Positions 25,770-37,824 are shown, counted from the first letter of the stretch. The stretch is DNA of 64,000 bases from Carcharhinus longimanus (GCA_030264375.1 JASCQW010000099.1:56885631-56949630), one strand, 5' to 3'. The notes: generated from the sequence alone by a model not told the origin. Numbers and translations: made by a program.

Positions 25770-27640
25770 CCATTATCACTGTCCCTTAATTTCCTGAGAG
25801 ACCAGAACTCTATGCCAGCCTTGAATATACTCAATTTTAGAGCACCCACAAGCCTCTGGGGTTGAGCATTCTAAAGATTTGCAATCCTCTGAGTGAAGAA
25901 ATTTCTCTGCATTTCTAACTTAAATGATTGTTTCCTTATCCTGAGACTGTGCCCCCATGTTCTAGATTCCCCAATTAGAAGAAACATCCACCCTGCCAAG
26001 TCCCTTCAAAATATCACATGTTTCAATGAGATCACCCCTCGGTATTCCAAGAGCCAAAAAGAATGGACTCAATTTGTCACCACAGGACCAACCCTCTCAT
26101 CTCTGGAACACTGAACAAACTCTGAGTCAAGTTTATCCTTCCTTACATATGAATCATTTACAGTACCTCAGCTATGGTATCACCAAAGCCCTCTACAACT
26201 GTAGGACTCCTTCTTTGTTCTGGTATTCTAAATCCTTGTAATAAAGACCTATTTGTTACTTTCCTTCCATTTGCTTGCATGCTATCTTTGTTTTTCTTGT
26301 ATGTGTATAACCAAGTTTCTGTGAATATCAACATTTACAAGTTCCACATCCATTAAAAAAATACCTTGCTCTTCTATTTTTAGTACTAAAGTGAACATTC
26401 CCACATTTCCCCAAATTATGAGGAAATTATGCCCACTCAAACTGTTTATATCTCTTTGTAGTCTCTGTGTTCTCCTCACAGCTTACATTCCCATCAAGCT
26501 TTGTATCATCAACAATCGTGGCTGCACTGTTCTGTGTTTTTTTGTCATTAGCATAGATAGCAAATCATAGAATTGCCACAGTACAGAAGGAGACCATTCA
26601 GCCTATCAAATCTGTGCTGACCACAATCACACCCAGGCCCTACTCCCATAATCCCATTTATCCTGCTAGTCTCCCTGACACTAGGGTAAATTTAGCATGG
26701 CAACCAACCTAATCTAACCTTTGAGCTATGGAAGGAAACGAGAGCACCCAGGGGAAACCCATGCAGACACAAGAAGAAAATGCAAACTCCATACAGACAG
26801 TTACCTGAGGCTGGAATTGAACCTGGGACCGTGGTGGATCAGACAGAGTCAACACAGTTTTACAAAAAGGAAATTATGTCTGACCATTATTAGAATTTTT
26901 GAGGATGTACTAATAGAGTAGATAATGGGGAGCAAATAGATGTGGTATACATAGATTTTCAAAAAACATCCAATAATTAATACATAGGAGGATGGATTTT
27001 AAGGGGTGCCACGATCCCTGCCTGCCTCAGCCAGAAGTAGCTGGGAACCCACCTACTTTATTAATACATCCTCAAAAAATTCTAATTTGTATAACTGTGT
27101 TGACTCTGTCTAATCCACCATGATTTTGAGTGCTTTATTAAGAAAACCTTAATAATACCCTTCAGAATTTTCCCAGAGGGAATAAGGCCTGGATGGGATT
27201 GTGGTCAGTGCAGGCTTGATGGGCCAAATGGCCTTTTTCTGCACTGTAGGGATTCTATGACCATTGTCAAGTTAGCCTATAGTTCCCCTTTTTCACCTTC
27301 CCTCTTTTCTTGAATTTTGTTTATTATCTTCCAATCTATGAGAACTGTAGCAGAATCTAGGGAATTTTAAGAAATCAAAATTAATGCATCCACTATTCTT
27401 ACAGCAATCGTATTTAAAACACCAGGAGGCAAATTATCAGGTCCTGGGGATTTGTTAGCTTTTAATCCCTTGAGTTTTTCTCTCTGCTAATATTTTGTAT
27501 CACTCTTAGTCCCTTGGTTTCCCTTTGTTTCTGATGTGTAATTTGTGTCTTTTACTGTGAAAACAGACAAAATATATGTTCAATGTCTCTGCCATTTCCT
27601 CATTCCCCATGATAGATTCCCCTGTCTCTGTCTCTAAGAG
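25770..27640 (-). mobile_element. Decayed CR1-type LINE ORF2, interrupted by a SINE and an inverted duplication
   Basis: Peptides TQRLQRDINSLS, LETETGESIMGNEEMAETLNIYF, RKLKGLKANKSPGPDNLPPGVL. Confidence 0.85.
26563..26830 (-). mobile_element. HE1-type V-SINE, 5'-truncated
   Basis: Tail and V-domain present; stops just after the B-box (ggaattgaacctgggacc). Confidence 0.88.
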
Positions 27641-27699
27641 ACCGAGTATTGGGAAAAGATGAAGCTGCTTCATTGCATTGGGCTGCACTTTATCCTGCC

Positions 27700-28260
27700 T
27701 GTGATCAACATCATGGAAAGTTTCTAACTAGGGCAATGGATAAGGCAAAAGTTGGGGACTGGTGGGGTTGGAGGGGTCAGGTGAAGGAAAGTTTGGAAAT
27801 CTAAAGAGAAAAATCGAGGCAATAGGACAGTGTAGCAACTTGGATAAAGACAAGCAGAATGGAACAGGTAAAGATGGAAAATTTAGAGTATATCAGTGGA
27901 TCAGAGAAGGCAAGATGCAATCCTTGATTGTACTCAGTTCATTGGCCTCAACCGAGACCAGTAAGTCTTGAGTTTTAAACCAGAGCCTAGGGTTTTATCT
28001 TCCCAATTTACATTTAAAACTACTCAATATTAGGTGTTATTTTATATATTAAAAATACTGAATTAATTGCAAAAAAGAAATATGGTAGTGGCAAGTAATA
28101 GTATAGTCAGAAGGACATGCAAAGAATAATGGCTAAAACAATTAAAAAAATTCTTTATCTGACTGCACAAAGCAATCAAAATAAGATAGATAAATTAGTG
28201 GCATAAATAGAGATAAATGGGTTTAATCCAATCACCATTACAGGGATAGGGAGCTGGATT
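27700..28260 (+). mobile_element. CR1-type LINE ORF1 end / ORF2 start remnant
   Basis: 28150-28245 reads LYLTAQSNQNKIDKLVA*IEINGFNPITIT, a degenerate APE N-terminus (YxNAxSxxNK...ITE). Confidence 0.7.
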
Positions 28261-28739
28261 TTCAATTGTTGATGGGGATGGGAATAGGTGAGGACAAGAT
28301 CTCAAAATTCCATTTCTTGAGGACATCACTGGATTCCATTTTCTCAAGGGTAGTTTGCAATTTTGAAAGTGTCCATCGTGGCGAAGGAGCAGGAAACACA
28401 CTCACCAGAAATTAATAATACTAAGTTCCTTAAGGACCTTGTTAAAGGCCTGTCTAGAACAGAATGAGATTTTCAATGTTTTTTCCAAATGAAGCTGACC
28501 ATGCTAGTGCACGGGGTCATCACAGGACAAAAGGAAGTTAATTTCCATCCATATATTTTTGTGGAATTTCAGGGCTGTAATTCTCCAGGCATTCATAACC
28601 TGCAAGCAAGGAATGAAAATTTGATGCTCAGCTATATCTCCGTTCACTGCAGCTGGACTGGAGAATCCACCGGCCTGAACAGCTGGAGAATTCCAGTCCA
28701 GAAGTCGACTAGCACCAAGTTGAGCACTTTATGCTGTCT

Positions 28740-29200
28740 TTATTCTCCTGGCACTTTCATGAGCTGCCTGATTTCCTCAGTGCTCTTGTTCCAGACTCTC
28801 CCACTAGTGAAAACATCTTACCATCTACCCTCTAAAGCTCCCTCAGGATTTTATAGGTTTGAATAAGGTCACCCCTCACTTTTCTAAACTCCAAGGAATG
28901 CAGACCCTGGATATTTAGCCTCTCTTGATAGAGCAATCCTCTCATTCCAGGAATTAGCCTGCTGAATTTCCTTTGGACTGTATCCTTTTTTAAGTAAGGG
29001 GACCAAAACTGTAAGGCATACTCCAGGTGAGACCTCACCAATACTCTGTACAATTGCAACAAAATTTCCCTACTTTTAAACTCAAACCTCTTTGCAATAA
29101 ACACCAAAATGCTTTTTGCCTTCTTAACTATTTGTTGGATCTGCTTGCTAGCTTTTTGTAATTCATGCACTAGAACATCCAGATCTCTCTGTACTGACTC
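28740..29200 (-). mobile_element. CR1-type LINE ORF2 C-terminal fragment
   Basis: VQRDLDVLVH..KKAKSILVFIAKRFEFKSREILLQLYRVLVRSHLEYALQFWSPYLKKD..RGDLIQTYKIL. Confidence 0.93.
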
Positions 29201-30560
29201 ACCTGCAATTTCTCTCCCTGAATCAAAACCCTTCTTCCACACCACTCTTTGAGCCACTAATTCAGTGCTCTAATCTGCTTGACCCTCCATCAATTTGGCC
29301 CACTTAATAATCCAGAGATTATTATCCTTGAGGTTCTGCACATTAATTTAAAACCCAGGTCCTTAAATTCCATCTGCAGAACCACATTCCTAGTCTTACC
29401 AGTAATATTGGTTCCTACATGGACCACCACAACAAGATCCACACCTCCCACACCAAGGATGGAATTTATTTGCCCTCCCAGGGGTGGGATGGCAAACAGG
29501 GGGATATCATCTTCTTGCCACGACTGGTATTTTACCAGCAGGAGGAGGTGTCCATGCCACCTGGCAGTCTTTAAGTGGGCTGAGAGAATGTTCCTCTATT
29601 TCAGGCACCCTATCCACAACAGAGACTCTGCATGCAAAGTAGTCTCCTGCCTTAACCCCATGTTTCCCCACCTCTGCCCTATCAAACCTAATCCTCCAAT
29701 CCCTCACTTCAGCCTGCCACACTGGCTCTTGCTTAACTCTGGACTTACCTAGATATCCAGCAACATGGTTCTTCTTCATTGGGAACTGCCTGTAATCCCA
29801 GCAATGGTGTCAAGAGGAAACAGGCTGTGAACAATTTTCCTTCTATTAGCAACCTCATTTAGCTAATGGCGAGCTCAATAAGGGTGGCAGGTGAGTGAAG
29901 GTTTGGCTGGATATGGGGAGAGATGGGGTAGGTGGAGGGTAGGTGAGGTGGAGTTTGGATGGGTAAGGGATGGGGGAACTACATTTTAAAATACTTCTAA
30001 AATACTTTTTGAAATGCACTTAAATTCTTTCTGAGGCCTCCCCAATAATTCTCAACATTGACTACATATTTATGGGCCGATGTATTTAAGAATGAATGGA
30101 ATGGAGATGTTTCATGTAACCAGCCCCTTCTGTAATTGGTTTACCTCCACACGTGCCTCAGGTTTGCTTAATTGGGTTCCAGACCCCTCCAGCCAATTAA
30201 GGCCCTGGCAACTGCATGATTGGAACATAGGAAGAAGGAGGCAAATTCAGCCCTTCAAGCCTACTTCACTATTCAATCAGATCATGGCTGATCGCTCCCT
30301 GGTCTCAAATCCGTCTCACACCTGTTCCCCACATCCCTTTTTTATTAGAAATATAGCTATCTCATCCTGCTTCCTGATAGACTGAAGACAGAGGTGTAAC
30401 ACAACTCTTGTTTGCTAACTCTTGATTCCTACCTTCAACTGGAAAATTCCGGACCTCGTTTCGTACGCAGACAGCACTATCTATTCCTCTGACAATGCTA
30501 TTTCTCACCACTATCAAATTTCTTTTTAGTCCCCAACTTGAATGGCTTATTGACAAACAA
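29200..30560 (-). mobile_element. CR1 ORF1 (esterase-like) remnants split by a MITE-like insert (~29450-30210) and a LINE tail (~30220-30370)
   Basis: 30460-30530 gives LIVVRNSIVRGIDSAVC (degenerate GDS motif); 29300-29430 gives VVVHVGTNITGKTRNVVLQMEFKDLGFKL..IIISGLL (SGNH block III-like). Confidence 0.7.
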
Positions 30561-31140
30561 CCTAATGCAGTTTGAGTCTGAATGTTGCAATTCACTTATT
30601 ATTACTACAGTTTTGATATAAAGTATTTTCATTGAAGAAGTATCTGATATGCCATAGTTTTTTATGTATATTGGGAGAATAAAACCTCAGGAAACTTTGA
30701 TCTAAAACTCAAGGTCTATAACTTACTGCAGATCTCTGCTGAGATCAATCAAATTAGGACAGACCATTTAGCATAGCTCAGAGCTGTTGACTTTACCGCT
30801 GAACAATTTCTACATAATGTTTAAGTCCTGTGCTTTTCACATAATGTTACTGATATTAATAATAATTTTAATTGCATACATAACATTTGAAATAGTTCTT
30901 GCAAATCATCATCAAAAGTAAGACAGCCAACTACATGGAAGAGAATATAATTTCAGTTTTCCTTGAAGAATAGGAAAAAGTGAAAAAGAATACTTCTTTA
31001 ATAGAAGGTCAGAAATAGATATGTTGCCACGATTCCAAAAGTTAGATTAGAAAGTTCTGGAGTCTTTGCATAGTGCTGATGACAGCAGAGTAGTTCAGGC
31101 TGAAGTTATAGAGCAGATCAAGTTGAAAACATGCTCTCAC

Positions 31141-32413
31141 CTTTGTCTGAAGTTTTCTTTTCTTTTTTCTCTTTCTTGATCTTATTGTTTTTTTCTGATA
31201 TTTTGGTGCAAGAGATGTCATTTTTTCCTTGTTTATTAAGATCTTTTTGTATTTGTAACTCATTTTTATGATCTGTGGAGTGTTTTTTAACATTTGAAAG
31301 ACTTTCCTCATGATTTTTAGATATTTTTTCTGATGTATCAGATTTATTATTGGCTAATTTCTTTGCACCTTGTGATAGCCAGCTAGATAGGGACTTTTTT
31401 CCTTCATTATCTTTTTTTTGCCTTTCATTGTCCGACACTACTGCAGTTTGGTTAGTTGCTTGGTTATCCCCATAATCAAACATTGATAACTTCCTTTTGC
31501 CCTTTTTATGCACTTGCTCTTTCTGTTTATTTATAGCTGCAGATTCATTGTTTTGCATTTCACTATTTGAGCCTTCAGTATTACGTTTATTAGACTTGGC
31601 TGAACTATTCCTTTTGTCTTGTAAAGGTAGATCATTCACTTCGTTGTTGATCTTCTTCAGACCTACATCAGATGACATACGTTTGAACATTTTAGTCTCT
31701 TCCTCTGTTGTTTGAGATTCTGATGCTTGTGCAGCACTGCTGCAATCTGAAATAGTATAATTATCTTTCTTAAATATTGATCCTTTGCAATCTTCATGAT
31801 TCTTTCTTTTCACCTTTAGACTTTCCTTGACTTGTGTGCTGTTTAACTTCTTGGATTCCGTGAAGTCACTTTTTGATGTTTTGTGTTGTTGAACTTCATG
31901 TAGCCCCACATTAACATCTGAAACATCTGTGTATTGTGGAGAGGAAATCTTTTCCACTGGTTTATAATTATAATCCCTTGCACTTGTCTCTGCAGAAACA
32001 TCACTTCTTAAACTATAAACTGAAGATTGGTTTTGTAACTGCTTTTGCCTTTTTTCTTCTTTATCATCTGGTACAATGTACCTTGCAGTATTGTGCAACT
32101 CTCCTGAATTAACACAAGTTGATGCCCAGTTTCTTATTTTTTCTCCTTCTTCAACAGACCATTTATTTATTTCAACTTCTGAGTCAATGTATGGAGATGC
32201 TGCACCTTCATCTGCACAAACTTCAGAAGATTCCTCTTCTGTACGTAAACCATTTAGCATTTGTGTTACCTGCTCTGTAACTGAATCAGCCACAGTATAC
32301 CCAGCCTTCTCAACTGCATCACTCAGGTCCTCTACAACACTGTTAAATTGCTCTACTAAAGAGGACACTGATGGCAGAGTCAGGCTTTGTTGAAAACTCT
32401 TGAAAAACGACAT
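31141..32413 (-). CDS. SYT14: Large alternative first coding exon of SYT14 (424 codons + 1 nt), predicted transmembrane-less N-terminus
   Basis: 431-codon ORF in AT-rich DNA on the SYT14 strand, between two SYT14 exons. ATG at 32411-32413 is preceded by an in-frame TAA. Donor AAAG|gtgaga at 31141/31140 is phase 1, compatible with the acceptor at 16345. Assignment to SYT14 is inferred from position and phase. Confidence 0.75.
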
Positions 32414-33425
32414 TTAATCAAGCAGTCTTGTTATCCCCAAGAAAGCAAAACACCATTCAGATGCATAGTGTAATTGGTTAATGTTGCCAAACTGGTCATC
32501 CTTTTCAGCTTACCTCTGTTAGTAAATAAATGCAAAAGGGTTTAAAATTCGTTATATGATGTCTAGTAAACATTTAAGTGCAAACTTTCAAAAATTAACC
32601 TAAAATCAGCATTGGCATATTTATTAATAAGCCAGTGGCCTATAATCCTTAACTCAGATTTAAGAACAAGATGTTTTTGTGGAAAGAAATAAAAAATATG
32701 AGCTCTATAGACTAATACAGAAGACTTGGATTTGCAACCAGCCAGCATGTTGATCTTGACGTATCACGAAGAGGCACTTTATCAACATCAGGCCCAATAT
32801 TCTCATCTTTCTATTATGGACAGGCCTGCCCAGTGTATAAATGGGAAATCAGGCACCTATCCAATGATTTTACATCCACTGATTCCCCAGTGGTAACCCA
32901 AAATTGGCAAATTAACACCCATTACTCCTCGCCCATTATATTTTGGAAACTTTTTGGACATTTGGAAATCTGTAGATGAGGTGTTGTCAGATATTTGTTT
33001 CTTATTTTACCATTAGAAACATGCAAAATGTAGGAATCCATGTAGCAGTAATATTGGGTATGATGGTTATAGAATTATAAAGAGTAAATTATTTACAGAA
33101 CAAAGAACCATTGAAATATGACTCACTATTGTGATGTAATTACAGTTATCTTGAATTGTATTCAAGAATTGAATAGAATAAAAATGGCCTCCAGATTATC
33201 AATTATTTTATTCAATAGAATGATAGAATTCAAAAGAATTTCTTTCAACTGGAATTTGAAGACAGACATTTTAAAATAATTAATAGGATATTTTGTTTCT
33301 AACAACTTCGAAAAGAAATTGAGTTTAAAAAAATTGATTTGCTCATACTGGCCTTGTTCTAGCACAGTAAACATTTTCCACTTTTAGAAAAATAAAAATG
33401 TTAGGACCTAGAATAAAGCACTTAC

Positions 33426-33590
33426 GATTATTGTCTTGTAAATCTTTGTTGGCCCTGTATTCTGCATCAAGGCACGGAAACTCTCCTATATTCTCAATGC
33501 ACAGTCTTTTGTTGATATATAGAAAGAGGAGGATCATGAGAATGACAATCACTCCAACAGCAGAGAGAAAGCCAACTGCTTCTGGAGATA
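33426..33590 (-). CDS. SYT14: Synaptotagmin-14 internal exon encoding the N-terminal transmembrane segment
   Basis: Translates (V)SPEAVGFLSAVGVIVILMILLFLYINKRLCIENIGEFPCLDAEYRANKDLQDNN, matching recalled vertebrate SYT14 (VSPEAVGFLSAVGVFIILMLLLFLYINKKFCFENVGGFPDL). Acceptor ttttcattctctttcag|TA, donor AATC|gtaagt; 165 nt, phase 1-1. Confidence 0.96.
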
Positions 33591-33824
33591 CTGAAAGAGA
33601 ATGAAAAATGTTAAAATAATATCTCCAAGTCACCCTATGGGCATTGCAAGCAAATGTATATTTATATAAATATGGATTGTCACCAAAAAGTGTCAACCTT
33701 GGCTCAGCGCTAACATTCTTATCATAATAAGAAAATTGTGGATTCAAGCTCTAGTCAAGAGAATTCACTACCGCAATCTTCAGTGCACTGACAACCAAGG
33801 AGGGTTATCTGTGGCCAGAACTGG

Positions 33825-34365
33825 AGAGTGGTGAGACCACATTTGGAATTTTGTGCGCTGTTCTGGTCACCTCACTATAAGAAGGATGTGGAAGCATTGG
33901 AGAGAGTGCAGAGGAGATTTACCAGGATGCTGCNNNNNNNNNNNNNNNNNNNNNNNNNNNNNNNNNNNNNNNNNNNNNNNNNNNNNNNNNNNNNNGGAGG
34001 GTAGGTCTTATGAGGAAAGGTTGAGGGAGCTGGGGCTTTTCTCTTTAGAGCAGAGGAGGATGAGAGGTGACTATTTCCTCAGGTGGATGTAGCTGTTATT
34101 AGGGGGCATAACTATAAGGTTCATGGTGGAAGACATAAGAGGGATGTCCGAGGTAGATTCTTTACTCAGAGAGTGGTTGGAGTGTGGAATGTACTGCCTG
34201 CTATGATAGTGGAGTTGGACACTTTAGGAACTTTCAAGCAGTTATTGGATAGGCACATGGAACACGCCAGAACGATAGTGAGTGGGATAGCTTAATCTTG
34301 GGTTCGGACATAGCTTGGCACAACATTGAGGGCCGAAGGGCCTGTACTGTTCTACGTTCTATGTG
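33825..34365 (+). mobile_element. CR1-type LINE 3' fragment spanning a gap
   Basis: VRPHLEFCALFWSPHYKKDVEALERVQRRFTRML; RGHNYKVHGGRHKRDVRGRFFTQRVVGVWNVLP; tail shared with 40955-41050. Confidence 0.93.
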
Positions 34366-35097
34366 CTAACCTCAAGTGCTGCAGAAGGAAGACTGACGAT
34401 CATGGAGACAAGGGAGCTGGAGTGGTGGCAATTAGGTGTGTGTTTCTATATGGATCGGGTGGAGCACTCCTACTGCTCTCAGATCCAAGTTCACTAGGAA
34501 TAACTTACCTCTTTTGTTGCAGACTATCTGTGAGGTTGGATTACTTGAACACTACCACTGATGGTGTTCGGATCTCTTGCAGAAGAAAGCCCCTTATTCA
34601 CACATGCAAACATTCAAAATTTGCTTCAGGTTTAAATAAAGAACAGCAACTTTTTTCCATTTAAGACCAGGGAAAAGAAAATCAAAAGTGATGCAAAACT
34701 GGTTGTCCACTTATTACTGAATTACTCAATTTTTGGGCTAATGGTCATTGACCAAAAAGGTAAAGCAACAACATCTATGGAAGGTATAACTTTTCCAAGG
34801 CCTAACTTCACATACTGTTGTTGCATTTTGAGAAATTTTAAAGTACTAGATCATCATACACAGTGCTGCTGATAGGCTAAGGTGGGAGTTGAGCTATGTG
34901 TCTTCTATATTGGGAAGTTTGATTTTGCACTTACAGAATGTCATAATGCATCTTTAAGAGGTTCCCCACGCAATAAATTACTTTTGGATATAGCAACCAC
35001 ATTTATGTAAACAAACATGGGAAGTTTTCCATGAACATGGCAAGCTTTCCATTCAGCAAGGCTGCATCCCATTGAATGTTTCTGTTGTGCTTGATGA

Positions 35098-35175
35098 ACA
35101 TAAAAACATAATAAGAACATAAGAAATAGGAGCAGGAGTAGGCCATCTAGCCCTTCGAGCCTGCCCCGCCATTCA
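35098..35175 (-). mobile_element. Extreme 3' tail of the young CR1 family
   Basis: Reverse complement of the 10224-10300 tail. Confidence 0.9.
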
Positions 35176-37514
35176 GGAACGCTCACTATTAAAAATAAAA
35201 GCAGGGAAAATTACCCTTACTGGTTTCAAATTGTTCTCTGGGATCTTTAATTTCATCTGAAGTTGTATCCAACAATCCAGAACTCATTATTACAGCACTT
35301 AAGTGACAGCATAAATTATAGCCTGGATTTTGCAGGCAGCAGTTAAGGAACAGTGCTTGCCATTCACCTTGATATCAGCTGCACACAAAGTTTTGACAGG
35401 CTTCTGTATGGAGACTTGTTCTAGTCCAACGTCTCATCCAGAATGCAGTGCTCTACAAGGATCAGTGGTATCTGAGAGCACAGCAAGAACTGACCAGGCT
35501 TTTCAACCAGATTGAAGAATCCATAGAGACCAAAACAGGAGGTGTAAATTGGAATTATATTGGGTACAGAAAGTGATTCAAAGATTGTAGGAGGCATATG
35601 GGATTAAGTGAGAGATAATACAAAAACCCAGGTCTTCTGGTCAGCAGTGGAGTGGGAACACACCACTGACAATTTTCGAAACTGTGACATTATCTTTTCA
35701 CACTGGAGTCTTAGGACCTCCATTCCTGGCTGCAGAGTGGATCCAACAACAAGGTGAGAGGCAATTTCAACGATACCAAGCCCCTTTCACGTGATAAACT
35801 AGAGACACACCTCTTGAGGTCTGTCTTCAGTTCATTAAATTTCACTGTTTTTGAATATTCCAGTCTTTTTTTTTAATTGTGGGTAATTCCCACCCTGTCA
35901 GCCCTACCATTACTGATACAGCTCCTCTCCATGTACCACAACACTACTAATACCCCAGCATCTCTGACACTGCTCATCCACAGCCTCACGCAACCTCTCA
36001 CCACCAACACTACTCAAAACAGCATCCACCTCCCTGACACTGCTCATCCAGTCCCACACCCAAGGGAATTTCATCCAGCTCACTCTTATTAAACCCAGCA
36101 GAGCCTAAGCTTAGAGGGCAGATGCAATTTGCATTTTGGATCTCCTGAAAACCCCAAGACTTGAGCAAATGAAAACAATTAGATCACTTGGGTTTGAATA
36201 CCATTTTAAGACTGGCTCGATGCTTCCTGACTGGAAATCTGATCTTTCCTTTCATAACTATTTTTTGGCTTGCTTCAAACCTCATGCATCCCCTTTCAAA
36301 ATGACAAGGTTCCACTGCAACATTCATAGCAGAACGGTCACCTTTTTGACACAGGTGCTCATTCTCAATATTAAAACAACTCACCTTCAAGACTTGGGAA
36401 ACAGTCAAAAGTGAGTTAAAGTGCCAACAGATGTCCTGCATCACGGTATGTTCAACCATTTAGAGGCACTGAGATTTCATGTGTTGAAATTTACAGATAG
36501 GAGTTTTTATTGTAAGTATGTAACTCTCTTTCCTCCTTTAAGACACTCCTTAAGCTCTACTTTTTAACCAAACTGTTGGTCATCTGCCCTCAAAGCTATG
36601 GTTCATTTATAAAATTTGATTGATAATGTACCTGAAAATCACTGTAAGAGTTTTTACTACATTAAAGGTGCTACATAAATGCAAGTTGTTGGTGTTATTG
36701 ATTCAAAGGAGATATGTCTAGTCTTACAGTAATTTTTAAATAAATTACACAGACCAAATATTTTAGGGAAGAAACATTTCCTTCTTGCATGCATTTTGCA
36801 GCAGTAAAGCATGCAAACAGGATCAATGCCACAGAGCAATCTGTACTATGAGTACCGGTCATATCAAAAGAGTGGCTGCTTAGACCCTTGTGGCAGCTGC
36901 CAAGAAAATGCATTAGGTCTCTTGTATATCAAATTGAGATGTCCAGCATCTGTTTCAAGACAGCTGCCGAACATCAGGCCAAGACAAGTAAAGAAAAACA
37001 GACACTTGGGTATGTACCCCAAAGTATATTTTTTCTACCTTTCCCTTGCTTTACTGGCCCCCAAGAATTTAAAAGTAGATTGACCCTGCTTTTATTATGA
37101 GACACAAGCTTCCGGTCTCCCAGCCGTGGTGTACTCTGGTTATTCCCTGAAAACAGGCAATAACCAATTTTACTCGCATTGTATTCCCCTTCATGCCAAG
37201 TGGTTTCACCGACATCAGTGTTATTTTCTGACCCTAACAATTCTTAAACAGCAGGCTGCAATCAGATCACAGTTGCCCAGTGGAGCTGCACACTTATCCC
37301 TTTGTAACTTACCTCAGTTGCCTGGCTGTTCAATGTAAGGAGAGAGTGAAAACAATGGCTCTACATGAACTACACAAAGAACAAATTAATTGGACATATC
37401 ATCTGCAAGATAATATATTTTAAGCAGTACTTCCTTGAAATCTAATTGGATTTTGTAATAATTTCTTGGATAAATTGAGTCAGAAACACTTCATAAAAAG
37501 TTGCAATAACTTTA

Positions 37515-37824
37515 TCATAGAACCATCAAATCCACACCGACCACAATTCCACCCAGGCCCTATCCCCAAATCTCTACATATTTTACCCACTAATTCCTCT
37601 AACCTACGCACCTCAGGACACTAAGGGGCAATTTTAGCATGGCCAATCAACCTAACCCACACATCTCTGGACTGTAGGAGGAAACCGGAGCATCCGGAGG
37701 AAACCCATGCAGACATGAGGAGAATGTGCAAACTCCGCACAGACAGTGATCCAAGCTGGGAATTGAACCCAGGTCCCTGGAGCTGTGAAGCAGCAGTGCT
37801 AACCACTGTGCTACCATGCCACCC
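37515..37824 (-). mobile_element. HE1-type V-SINE, full length
   Basis: Head gggtggcatggtagcacagtggttagcactgctgc..gggttcaattcc, V-domain and tail present. Confidence 0.93.

Noticed and set aside
29910-29980. G-rich tract as a functional G-quadruplex
   Set aside because: Lies inside a MITE-like insert, and similar G/C-skewed tracts occur in the other MITEs here.
31497-32393. Plus-strand ORFs 31497-31715 and 32076-32393
   Set aside because: Antisense shadows of the large minus-strand exon; no independent signals.
33343-33747. 134-aa ORF as a stand-alone gene
   Set aside because: Only 33426-33590 resembles SYT14 and is bounded by splice sites; the rest is intron read-through.
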